A stretch of 64,000 nt of DNA, taken from IMG/VR virus record IMGVR_UViG_3300025133_000026; one strand, written 5' to 3'. Of this stretch, positions 36,607 to 46,300 are shown in pieces. This DNA comes from a virus. Position numbers and translations under genes: made by a program. The notes beneath the pieces are model-generated. The model was not told the origin of the DNA. It worked only from the letters and a program-made list of their open reading frames with translations, and searched no databases. Each line of letters begins with the position of its first letter. The first letter of the stretch is position 1.

Positions 36607-37080
36607 TTATCCTAGAAGCCCACTGCCTAAATCAAATCGAAGAGCTTTGTGACTATCTGATTTGTCAGGATCTGTGCTGTTTTTTAATGAATTGATTCCA
36701 ATCAGATGGGCCTCTCCAGTCAAAATTGCAGATCTAGAGAAAACGATCTCGACTATTCCTCCAACTAGTCCACCACTTCCCATAGCATCAGATCCAATTA
36801 GACTTGCGAATACATTTGGATCCATATTTAATGGAAACACAGTTTCCCTAATTATAGCACGGTAGCCAGACCCCTCTCCCCTGAGGGGCTCAACCTTAAC
36901 TCTTACTGTGTTTGAATTAAGGTGATCTCCATACTTTTCTGTATGCTCTTGACCGGGATAGTAAACAGAAATAACTTGTGCAGGGATTTTATTAGTTTCG
37001 TCTCTAATGTTAGATCTAGAGATCTTGTCTTGCATTCTCTGAAGATCTTGCGCCCCTTTTGTTTTTCTTTTAATAGACAT
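36607..37080 (-). CDS. Hypothetical baseplate protein (possible spike OB-fold)
   Basis: AQVISVY...TVRVKVE...GGIVEIVF resembles a gpV/gp5 N-terminal OB fold; follows the hub. Confidence 0.4.
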   Translation of the reverse strand: MSIKRKTKGAQDLQRMQDKISRSNIRDETNKIPAQVISVYYPGQEHTEKYGDHLNSNTVRVKVEPLRGEGSGYRAIIRETVFPLNMDPNVFASLIGSDAMGSGGLVGGIVEIVFSRSAILTGEAHLIGINSLKNSTDPDKSDSHKALRFDLGSGLLG

Positions 37081-40000
37081 TAGCCTTCATCTCCCAATCC
37101 TGTGATGGCCCATTTTTCCCATGTGCTTAAATCGTCACTATATGCATTGACGATATCGTGATTATATAGAGAGAAATCAATAAGCCTATTCATAAAACCT
37201 TCCTCTGCGTCGTCGACCCAAAGACGAAGCTTTCCCAACCATGAATCAAAAATGTTTTCAGGAATATCTTCAGGAATTCCAGCAAGCATGGGGATCCCCC
37301 CTTTTGCGAGAGGGATCACCATGCCAATTGTTTTATCTGTACTCTTTAAGATTTGTCTAAAACCACCGGTTAATTGTGCTCCACTAATAGGTGTTGGATG
37401 AGAGACAAAGTTTGCTGTATTTATAAAAAGATTACCTGCGGCGGCACTTACACCTGTTAAGACTTGCCCCGCAGTCCCCGAGAAAGTATTCGTAGCAAGT
37501 AATCCTGCACCAGCGATCACCCCTCCAACAACAACTCCTGCAGGACCTGTCGCTACACTAGCTACACCGACACCTGCCCACATCCCAGCGCCTCCGCTGA
37601 GCAAAGTTCCTCCAGTTTGAGCAAGGCTTTCGTTTAGTGTTGGGTTCCCAATAGCAGAAGTAAATTCTAATGTATTCCCGAAAAGAGAGCCGGCCGCTTT
37701 TAGAGCCGCCCATCCCATTGAATCTAACAATCCAGTCGACCCCATTTCATTAACAACAACGACAGCATCTGGAATAACAACAGAAATAAATCCTGTGTTT
37801 GGAGAAAAGAAGTGGGTAACTTCTTCAACTTCGACAGGACCTGCCATATCATTGTAGTTGTCCATAAGGAAAACAATATCGTAAGGTTTTAGTTCTGGAT
37901 TTCCCAATAAGGTAAGCTGCCCAGTATACATTTCTTTAAGACCTTCTTGAATCGCTTTCAAAGAATAGCGTTCGGCCATTGCTTGCCCATTGCAATTTTC
38001 AAAGTCCAGATCAGCTAAAAGAATATCTTCATCTGCCATGTAAGGATGATATTTATAAATAGCAACTTCAGACTCTGTCCTTCCTTTGCTTATCGATCTC
38101 CAAACAAATCCGCCGGCTTCTCCGGCGGCCACAAGGCCGATGTTCAGAGAGTTCGCTGATGGCCCGCCCTCACCGAAGGCTTCTTCCTCTCCTCCTTCCG
38201 TAGCTTTACTAACATCGTCTATAAAGTCTAGCGCGCGGCCACCCCAGGTTCTTGCGTTATACCTGACAGCAACACTGTTGTGCATATTATAGGAAGACGT
38301 ACTAATTTCATTAGATACAATATCGTGATAGCTTGTAACAAAATGATATTTGCGGAAAGGCTTAAAGCGTTGACGCAATCCTCTTAAATATAAAGTTAGT
38401 GAAGGAATAAGATTGGTTTCTATGCTCTTTCTTTGCGCTCCAGAGAGAGCAGAAGACCCCAATTGATCTTCTGCTAAATTGATATCTTCTCTTGCCTTGT
38501 TCATTGATTCAATAAAAGCTGGAGTCGCATCTTCGGCCCAATAGCGCTGAGAGGGGATACCAAAGAACATTGTCATTCTAGACCCATAAGGAACAGGAGA
38601 AGCGACCCACCCTGGGTGTCTGAAGGTCATCTCTTGAAAAACATCCCAAATAGTAGTGCTCTTCGGGTGATAAACAATTTGCCTATGGTCCATCCCTCCA
38701 CTAAAATCCCATAACCCATAATCAATATAAACGTCAGGATCAGGAGCATAAATATTATTGTCGGCAGGACTGTCTCTATAGCTGCGCCATCTCTTTAAAA
38801 GAAATTCCTTCAGTCTAAGCTCTCCTGCAGCATTAATTCCTTCTCCAATCCATCCCCGCGCTTGACCCATATTTGCAATTGCACTAGCCCCACTATCAAG
38901 AATTCCATCAATAAGAAATGTATCGGTAGTGTCTGTTAGATTCTGCTGAATTGCGCGACTAGAAGAAAGCAAAGAGTTGACTTTGTTGTCGTAAGTCTTC
39001 TTTGCCGTCATCCATTTTAGACTGTTTCGATAAGTCCTATCATTGTTATTAATTGATAGTTGTTCTCCCACTTGTGGCAAATAACCCCACTGCCATTTTC
39101 CAAAGTGCATAACCTCAGGAGAGCGAATCATTGAAGAAAGGAGATCTGTTGTGTTTAGGTATGCTGTCGCAAAGCTAAGAGTTGCGTTAGCCTCTACTGG
39201 GCCATCAACAGGAAACTCTTCTCCAGAGATTCCCTTCTTCATTTGAACTAGTTCGGTTGCATATGATTGACAAACAATTGTCACAATATCGGTATTGTTT
39301 GACCAGTGTACTTCAACTACCCTGCCATTAAAAACAGTTGACAGAAAGTCGGGGTTGTTTGAATATCCCAATCGTAATTGAACATTCATTCCTTCTCGAA
39401 GAATGATTGAGTTGAATACATCTTCTTCTGCCGACCCTTCTTTTGCTCGAGATCGAGATGCACTCATTTTCTCTGATTTTTCTGTTGGATTGGCTAGATC
39501 TGTGTTCTTTCCTAACACATAGTCTAGATCAGTAATAGCTCCTTGAAGTGTTCCGTCAAGAACACCAGAAACATTCTGAAGCTCTACTACACACAAGTCT
39601 GCAGGTATTTTCCTTGATCTTGTTAATGAAATTGACCGAACTGCATTGTATCCATAGAAGTCATCAAGAGCTGACCAGCTTTCTTCTCCAGAGTCTTCTT
39701 CGATAAAATAGAGTTTAAATGTAGGGAAGGCTCTTTTTAACAAGTATTTTCGGCTTTCAAAGTCTTGCATAGAGTGATATGCAATTTCTTTTAAAGCATC
39801 AATATCAAATTTGTGATCAAGAAGGGGGTCTTTTTCAAAGACTGTCTCTTGTGCAAGGATATGACTTACTCCACTAAATTTACTATTGAAGTGTTTTTCT
39901 ACATTGTCCACTTCTTTTCTAAGAGATTCGTAGCTAGCAGTTCCTCCACTCTTTCTTTTGATAGTTTCTGAGCCGTCAAAATGCTTTCCTATCTTAAACT

Positions 40001-43000
40001 CTTCTCTAAAGTTTTCAGATTCGAAAGTTCCATCTTGTAAAGCATCCATCGAGGCCTTGTTGTTCCTCAGAATTTGGAGAATCTGTTTCTTCAATTTTGG
40101 ATCAGCACTATCAAATCCTTCAATCCCTGCATTGTCTGCATAATTGTAAAAGTAGAAATCAGGGTCTGTAAAAGTACTACTTCCAAAGTATGGATGGTCT
40201 GGCAGGTTAAGATCAGGATAACAAGGAGACCTTTTTCTTGAGGTAGCAGCAGAAGTAAAAATATCCTGAAAGTCAGAGTGTAGCCTTGCTTTTGGGTCTT
40301 GCAAAAAAGCTTGTTGGAGAACGCCAGCAATCAATTCTCTTATCAAGGCTATTAGTTCTAGTTCTTTTGCTTTTTTTGCTCCTGGGCTTAAGGGAGCCAC
40401 TATCTGCTCAGCATCAACACTACCAAGAAGACCTGTTCCAGCAACAGCAGTTCCACCACCCAGCAAAGCGCCCAACCCCGCGGCTGCTGCTCCTGCCGCA
40501 CTCAAGCCAGCACCTATACCTCCAAGAATTCCTGCAACGAATGCATTGGAAGAATCATCTTCTTTGAATTTATGTGCGGTTCCCAATGTAGCAATTAGTC
40601 TATTTCCTAATGTAGACCAAGTTCTATTTCCAAATTCACTGAGAAAGTCTTCTTCTCCGTTTATATAAGAGAATCCGGCCACAGTGGGAACGTTTATTAA
40701 CCGTTTCCCAGTAGTCTGTTCATAGGAAGGAAGGACATATTTCTCTATACCAAAGAAAGGAGCTCTTTCAATGATTTCTTGTCTAGTCAATCCATGATAA
40801 TGACCATCAGAAAGAACAAGGTTTGCAAAGATACAAAGCTGAGCAATATCTTGTAGCTTTCCTGCCAACCATTCATCACCTACATTGTCTACTGTATATT
40901 TGAAATTCCAAGTTTTCCAATACTCTTCTTTCCTTTCTTCTCCTTTCTCATAAATGGTTCCTGTGTCTTTCTCACTTGGAAGTGCACCACGGTAACCTTT
41001 TTGTTCTAAGTGCCCATGTTCGACAGCATGTTTAGAAGGAGCTGTATCGGGTCGATCTTGAAATACCGAACGAAGAACTTTTCGTTCATAAGGCATCCCA
41101 ACCTTGTCTTTTCTGGTATATCTTTGAGTAACTGTCCAGCCCTTTTTCTTTAAGCTAGAAATCTTAGAGGCTTCGCGCACTGAGTCTAAGAACTCTGAAT
41201 CTTCTGGTGGTGCAGGCGGAGGCGCATGTCTTATATTTGTGTCTCCACTAGCGATAAAAGCTCTTTGTTGTTGTCCCCCAATATCTTTATTTAATTGAGA
41301 AGAAGAAGGGTCCATCCTTACCATTTGTCTTGTCGAGTCTTGTCGACTTTCAACAATCTCTACTTTGATGTATTTCTCAAAGAGTCTTTCAACAATCTCT
41401 GCCATCGTTTCTTCAGTGGAGTAACCAGTACTTTGTAGAGATTCTCCAGAGAAGGGTTCCGAGGCTGTTAGTTCAAGATCAAAAGTATAAGATCCTGGAT
41501 GTTGAGGGATCGTATCACTACGCAAATTGTTAACTGCAAATTGGCGAGCCCCAATGAGACGAGAGCCGAAACAGGAAACATTGACTGTCCAAGAATCTGG
41601 GATTGCTCGAAAAAGTCTTGCATTCTTCTGTAACATTCCAACCATATCAACAAGGGCTTTGGCTCCAATGGGAATATCATCTGTCTGTTTAGAGAGAGCT
41701 GCAAAGTTTAAAAAGAGCTTGCCCTCAAAACTTCCGACAAGTTGAGACGTAGGTGTTTCATGACTAAGAAGAGGGAGTGTAGCTATTTGATTTCCAAGTG
41801 TTGCTGACATTGCTGTGCAAATAAAAGCACTGTTGGATCCGAACTCACCTTCTGTTAAAGGAACGATTAATTTCCAATCTCTGTAAATTACATTTGCCAC
41901 ATGTGGGGATTTGTAAAGGTGCCAGCCTTGGGCTGCCAGATCTTTCATCTGTTCAGAGGTCTGTTCTGACAATTTTTCAAAGTCTACTTCAGAGAAAGTC
42001 GGAACAGGACTACTTCCAGAAGAGAAAACAATGGCAGAATCACTTTCTTCAATACTCAGAGTCAAGGGATCTATTGGATCTCCATTCCTTCTAACTTCCC
42101 AGTGAAGGTGAGGTCCTGTACTGAGTCCAGTACTTCCAACGGTTCCAATAAGCTCTCCCTTCACAACTGTACTTCCAAGACCTGTCTCAATAGAATTGAG
42201 ATGCATAAAAGAGTGTTTGTATCCACCAGCTTCTTGGAGATAAACGGTTAAACCATTTGCACTGTTATCTTCAGTTCGGAGTCGAACAATCTTCCCTTCA
42301 ATAGGAGCCACAACAGGTGTTCCAGTAGGTGCTCCGATGTCAACGCCGTTGTGTGGCCTATAGACTTTATCTACAGGATGAAATCGATTAGGATTAAAGA
42401 GAGAAGTAACAGTTCCTTTTGTTGGAAACAAATAGCTCCCAGAGTTAAAATTAGAGTTTGTTTCTGCCAAGACCTCTTCACTTACCGTAGCATTCTTTAC
42501 TAAGGCAGCTACATCGGGACCACTAGGAAGAATTCCGAACTCTTTCCATTCTAGAACAACACTTTTTCCTTTTGTATAGGCAGAAGTATTGTATCTCATC
42601 ACTTGCGCTTCTGGGGTAGCCATAAAGATTGACATTGCCCAAGCGGCTCCAAAGTGGTCTTCCAGCCCTTTTGCTTGAAGATAATTAATATAGTAACGGT
42701 AAATATCAGACTCTTCTGGTGTGACATCTGTGGTTGTCGGCTCTCTAAAAGGAGAAGGATTTAATCCCGTAACATCGACTCTTTGTTCATCCAATTGGAG
42801 ATAACGGGGCTGACTAATCGTTTCAAGACTAGAGAAGGGTGTCTCTTCTTGGAAGATATTCTCTTCTTCTCCTACTTCAATATTATAAATAGTTCTCTTT
42901 TTTCCATCAAGGCTTTCAATATTCCAATCCTTTCTCCACCTTAGGTTTGGAGCATAAGGGGCATAATTGAAGTAGGAGAGAGTTAGCCCGACCTCAAAAG

Positions 43001-43346
43001 AGTGAGGAAGTTCAGGCACAGAAACAACATTCATGTCTCTGGCAGTGAAAGCCAAAGATACATGCCTTGGCATTGAACTACCAATTGCATTTTTAAGATA
43101 TCTATTCTTTACATACCAAATAGGAGTATTTTGAAATTCTAAGACAAGACGATGCAATTGATCTAGATTACCTGGAGTGAATACGAGTCTCAATCCAACA
43201 CTGATGTCTCCCTGCCCTGTAGGGATCTTCGCAGATTGTGAACTACGAAGAGTCTTCCATTCGAAATGTTGATTTGAATGGTTGACAGTTATATCCGTAG
43301 GCGGAATATCAAAAACAAGATCATTTATTTGAAAGTAATTATTCAT
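37080..43346 (-). CDS. Giant baseplate hub-like protein with internal M23 peptidoglycan endopeptidase (2088 aa)
   Basis: M23 at ~42065-42420 (HNGVD, GSTGLSTGPHLHWEV); hub-like segment LREGMNVQLRLGYS...VFNGRVVEV; two Gly/Ala-rich hydrophobic stretches. Confidence 0.8.
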   Translation of the reverse strand: MNNYFQINDLVFDIPPTDITVNHSNQHFEWKTLRSSQSAKIPTGQGDISVGLRLVFTPGNLDQLHRLVLEFQNTPIWYVKNRYLKNAIGSSMPRHVSLAFTARDMNVVSVPELPHSFEVGLTLSYFNYAPYAPNLRWRKDWNIESLDGKKRTIYNIEVGEEENIFQEETPFSSLETISQPRYLQLDEQRVDVTGLNPSPFREPTTTDVTPEESDIYRYYINYLQAKGLEDHFGAAWAMSIFMATPEAQVMRYNTSAYTKGKSVVLEWKEFGILPSGPDVAALVKNATVSEEVLAETNSNFNSGSYLFPTKGTVTSLFNPNRFHPVDKVYRPHNGVDIGAPTGTPVVAPIEGKIVRLRTEDNSANGLTVYLQEAGGYKHSFMHLNSIETGLGSTVVKGELIGTVGSTGLSTGPHLHWEVRRNGDPIDPLTLSIEESDSAIVFSSGSSPVPTFSEVDFEKLSEQTSEQMKDLAAQGWHLYKSPHVANVIYRDWKLIVPLTEGEFGSNSAFICTAMSATLGNQIATLPLLSHETPTSQLVGSFEGKLFLNFAALSKQTDDIPIGAKALVDMVGMLQKNARLFRAIPDSWTVNVSCFGSRLIGARQFAVNNLRSDTIPQHPGSYTFDLELTASEPFSGESLQSTGYSTEETMAEIVERLFEKYIKVEIVESRQDSTRQMVRMDPSSSQLNKDIGGQQQRAFIASGDTNIRHAPPPAPPEDSEFLDSVREASKISSLKKKGWTVTQRYTRKDKVGMPYERKVLRSVFQDRPDTAPSKHAVEHGHLEQKGYRGALPSEKDTGTIYEKGEERKEEYWKTWNFKYTVDNVGDEWLAGKLQDIAQLCIFANLVLSDGHYHGLTRQEIIERAPFFGIEKYVLPSYEQTTGKRLINVPTVAGFSYINGEEDFLSEFGNRTWSTLGNRLIATLGTAHKFKEDDSSNAFVAGILGGIGAGLSAAGAAAAGLGALLGGGTAVAGTGLLGSVDAEQIVAPLSPGAKKAKELELIALIRELIAGVLQQAFLQDPKARLHSDFQDIFTSAATSRKRSPCYPDLNLPDHPYFGSSTFTDPDFYFYNYADNAGIEGFDSADPKLKKQILQILRNNKASMDALQDGTFESENFREEFKIGKHFDGSETIKRKSGGTASYESLRKEVDNVEKHFNSKFSGVSHILAQETVFEKDPLLDHKFDIDALKEIAYHSMQDFESRKYLLKRAFPTFKLYFIEEDSGEESWSALDDFYGYNAVRSISLTRSRKIPADLCVVELQNVSGVLDGTLQGAITDLDYVLGKNTDLANPTEKSEKMSASRSRAKEGSAEEDVFNSIILREGMNVQLRLGYSNNPDFLSTVFNGRVVEVHWSNNTDIVTIVCQSYATELVQMKKGISGEEFPVDGPVEANATLSFATAYLNTTDLLSSMIRSPEVMHFGKWQWGYLPQVGEQLSINNNDRTYRNSLKWMTAKKTYDNKVNSLLSSSRAIQQNLTDTTDTFLIDGILDSGASAIANMGQARGWIGEGINAAGELRLKEFLLKRWRSYRDSPADNNIYAPDPDVYIDYGLWDFSGGMDHRQIVYHPKSTTIWDVFQEMTFRHPGWVASPVPYGSRMTMFFGIPSQRYWAEDATPAFIESMNKAREDINLAEDQLGSSALSGAQRKSIETNLIPSLTLYLRGLRQRFKPFRKYHFVTSYHDIVSNEISTSSYNMHNSVAVRYNARTWGGRALDFIDDVSKATEGGEEEAFGEGGPSANSLNIGLVAAGEAGGFVWRSISKGRTESEVAIYKYHPYMADEDILLADLDFENCNGQAMAERYSLKAIQEGLKEMYTGQLTLLGNPELKPYDIVFLMDNYNDMAGPVEVEEVTHFFSPNTGFISVVIPDAVVVVNEMGSTGLLDSMGWAALKAAGSLFGNTLEFTSAIGNPTLNESLAQTGGTLLSGGAGMWAGVGVASVATGPAGVVVGGVIAGAGLLATNTFSGTAGQVLTGVSAAAGNLFINTANFVSHPTPISGAQLTGGFRQILKSTDKTIGMVIPLAKGGIPMLAGIPEDIPENIFDSWLGKLRLWVDDAEEGFMNRLIDFSLYNHDIVNAYSDDLSTWEKWAITGLGDEG

Positions 43347-46300
43347 ATTTACGACGCTCTCTATTTAGCTCTGCTGGAGATAAGACTCTTCTCCTGTCCT
43401 CTATTCTACTATTAATACTTGTTTTATTGAGTCGTTCTCTTAAGGCTTGATGAAAACCTCCCATATTTATTCTGCTCATGTCATCTCGAATACTCATCCT
43501 TGTTGATGTGCCCTGTCTAGACAAGGACATGCGTGGTTGATGGAATTGACTATCTGGTAAAAAGTCTGTGCTTCCAACGGGCTGATGAATAGACATTTGA
43601 GGCTCTTGTGAGCGCTGCGCATTTAGTAATTCTCCAGAGCGAATTGCATTAAGAATACGGGGGTCTACCTTCTCACCCTCTGCAAGCAAAGGCTGGGGTG
43701 AATACCCTGGATCGCCCAGCAACCCAAAGGCCAAGGCTGAACCTGCGAGACCTAATAGAATAGGGGCTCCGAAGAATCTGTCTCCAAGTTTACCCGCTGC
43801 TCGTCGCGCTCTGTCTCCAAGCTCTGTATTGATTGCTTCTATTGTTTCTCTCGATGCACCAGCAGCTTCAGCTTCTCCAAGCATAGCAGCAAGTACTGCA
43901 GAACCAGGGTCTCCGCTTTTCTTGGCAAGTTCTCGGGCTTTTATTAAGCCTTCAACGCTAAGATCTCTGCCGTGCTGCTCTCTCTTTCTTCTGTATACAT
44001 CAAAGACTTTTCGATCATCCGAACCGAGATAATCCCCGAAAGTATTAACAAGCTTATGAAAATAGTCATCATCTACTTTCAAGGTTCTTGTCTCTCCATC
44101 GCCCACCGAATAATCAATTCCCGTCGCAAGTTCTTCAGGAATTAATTCCTGAGATAGGTGAGAGATAAATTTAAGAATATCAGGATCTCGTCCACCACCT
44201 GAAGACAATGCTGATGCCAAGTCTCGTGAAAGAGTCGGAGCTCTCTCTAGCTTCTTAGCCTTGAGGGTACCTGTTTCCTCTGCGACGGCAAGAAGGTTTA
44301 CAGTTCGAGAAATAAAGTCTTGATCTTTAGACTGGGTGAGAACCGCATACTTGACTTCTTCAAGGGCTCTTGAAAGTGGCCCAATATCTTTACTGTATCT
44401 TTGCTTATAGGCTGCCCGACTAAGACCACCCATTGCTGCTTGGCTATTGACTTGTTCCATCTGTTTCTTTAGAACTTTGGAAAGAATTTGTTGCTCTGCA
44501 GCTCGTGCTTCAAACTGTTGTTCGAACTTTGCCCATCCGGCTTTGTTTTCTGTCATTATCGAAATTGCATTTTTCTCTTGCATTATTTTGATAGCAACCA
44601 TATCTTTGTCAAAGTCAAGGGTCATACCAGGAGCCATACCGAGATCTGCCTCAATTGTGCCTCCTAGAAGTTGTTTGGCGGACTCATTGAGAATATTAAT
44701 ATTCTTCATTCTGTTCTGTATCACAACACGACTAGAAGAATCTGCTGTTTCCAGACCTTGATGAACTCGTAAATAAACAGGCTGGGTTGATTGTTCTCCG
44801 ACTGTTGGGAAACGCCAAATCATTCCAGCCATTGATGATTCACCCTTCATAAAGGCTTTTTTCGAAACAGCATCAAGCTTGGCTCCTCTTGTTAAGTTTC
44901 GTGCTTGGTTTTGAGAAAGAAAGACTGTTCTCTTTAACTCACCAGGGTCTACTTGATCTAAAGTTCCCAAAAGATCTTCTCCAATTGTTCTTCCGGCAGC
45001 AGCCCATTCGTCACTACCTTTCCCTGCCTTAAGAACTAAATCTAGATCAGAAACACCAGCCGCCTGAACAAAAGAAGAGGCTGGCCCAAGAGAGTTGACG
45101 GTTATTCTTTTGTCTGCAGCTAAAGAATACTTTGCCATACTCGTCTTCAGTTTCTTGGCAAAATAGCGTGCTTCTTCTGGAGACTTCGCATCTCTTAATC
45201 CTGAAACATTTCTTGTTATCTCTTTTGTTATATGTCTAAAGTCAACTCGACCACTATTCTTTTGTCTATAATATCCAACACCAGTTTCAAGAGACTCTTC
45301 TCCAGGAAGCATAAAACGTTCAGGAACAATATCAGCAACAGCATCGACTTGAGAGGGAGAAACTTTTCTTAGATCTAAAAGGAAGTCTTTTTTAGGATAA
45401 AGGCGCTCCTTGTCAAGCAAGAGAGAGTCGGCATACCCCATGACATTCATAGACTCACTTGGAAGCTTACCTCCATGGAGACTACTGAGAGATCTCCTTA
45501 GAGTAGCTGCCATTCTCACAGCACCTCTGTTTTCTCCAGAGATTGCAGACATAAGGTCTTGAATCATCGCAGAAGAGAGGTCTTTGTCTCCCAGTTTCCA
45601 GCCGGCAGTCATCAAACCATCAAGACTGCGAGCTTCGAGTGTTGCAAATCGACCTTTGTTAAGCGTCGGGTCATCAGCAGGGACTAAAGCACCCCAAGAG
45701 ATGACCCCACTAGCTTGCTCAATACTTGTCATTACTTGCTTTCTTTCTGCAACAGAAAGACCAACATCTTTTAGAAGACCGCCGAACTTTTTAGCTCCAA
45801 GAACTTTAGCCGCACCCTTAAAGGCTGTGCCTGTCTGGAGCGCACTTCCGAAAACACCAATTTCTCGTGCTTCTAAAAGAGCAGCCCTCATGAAGTCTTC
45901 AAGTGTGCCAGCAGCCCCTTTGGCCATCTTGCCTTGAAGATAATCCAGAGGAGATACCCCTAGAATTCCCTTCATTTTTTGTCTTCTGTCGGACTCAGCC
46001 GAAAGTGTTGCTGATGCCCAGTACTTCAATGCACCTGCTACCTGTCTTTTAACACCGTAGGCACCTTGTTTTACAGATGTCGCGCTGGTGGTTACTGCCT
46101 CTACTCCTTGTGATAAAAGTTTATAATCAGCGCTATCTGCATCTGCTGGATTAATGCGGCCGAGAATCGTACCCATCATTTTGTCATCAATAAATTTAAG
46201 AGTAGTTTTCCAGCCACCACTAATACCTTGTTGTAGTTTGGTTCCTTCTCCAAGACCAAAGATACGTTGCATCTGGAGAACTCTGTTTCCAGCCTCGTCT

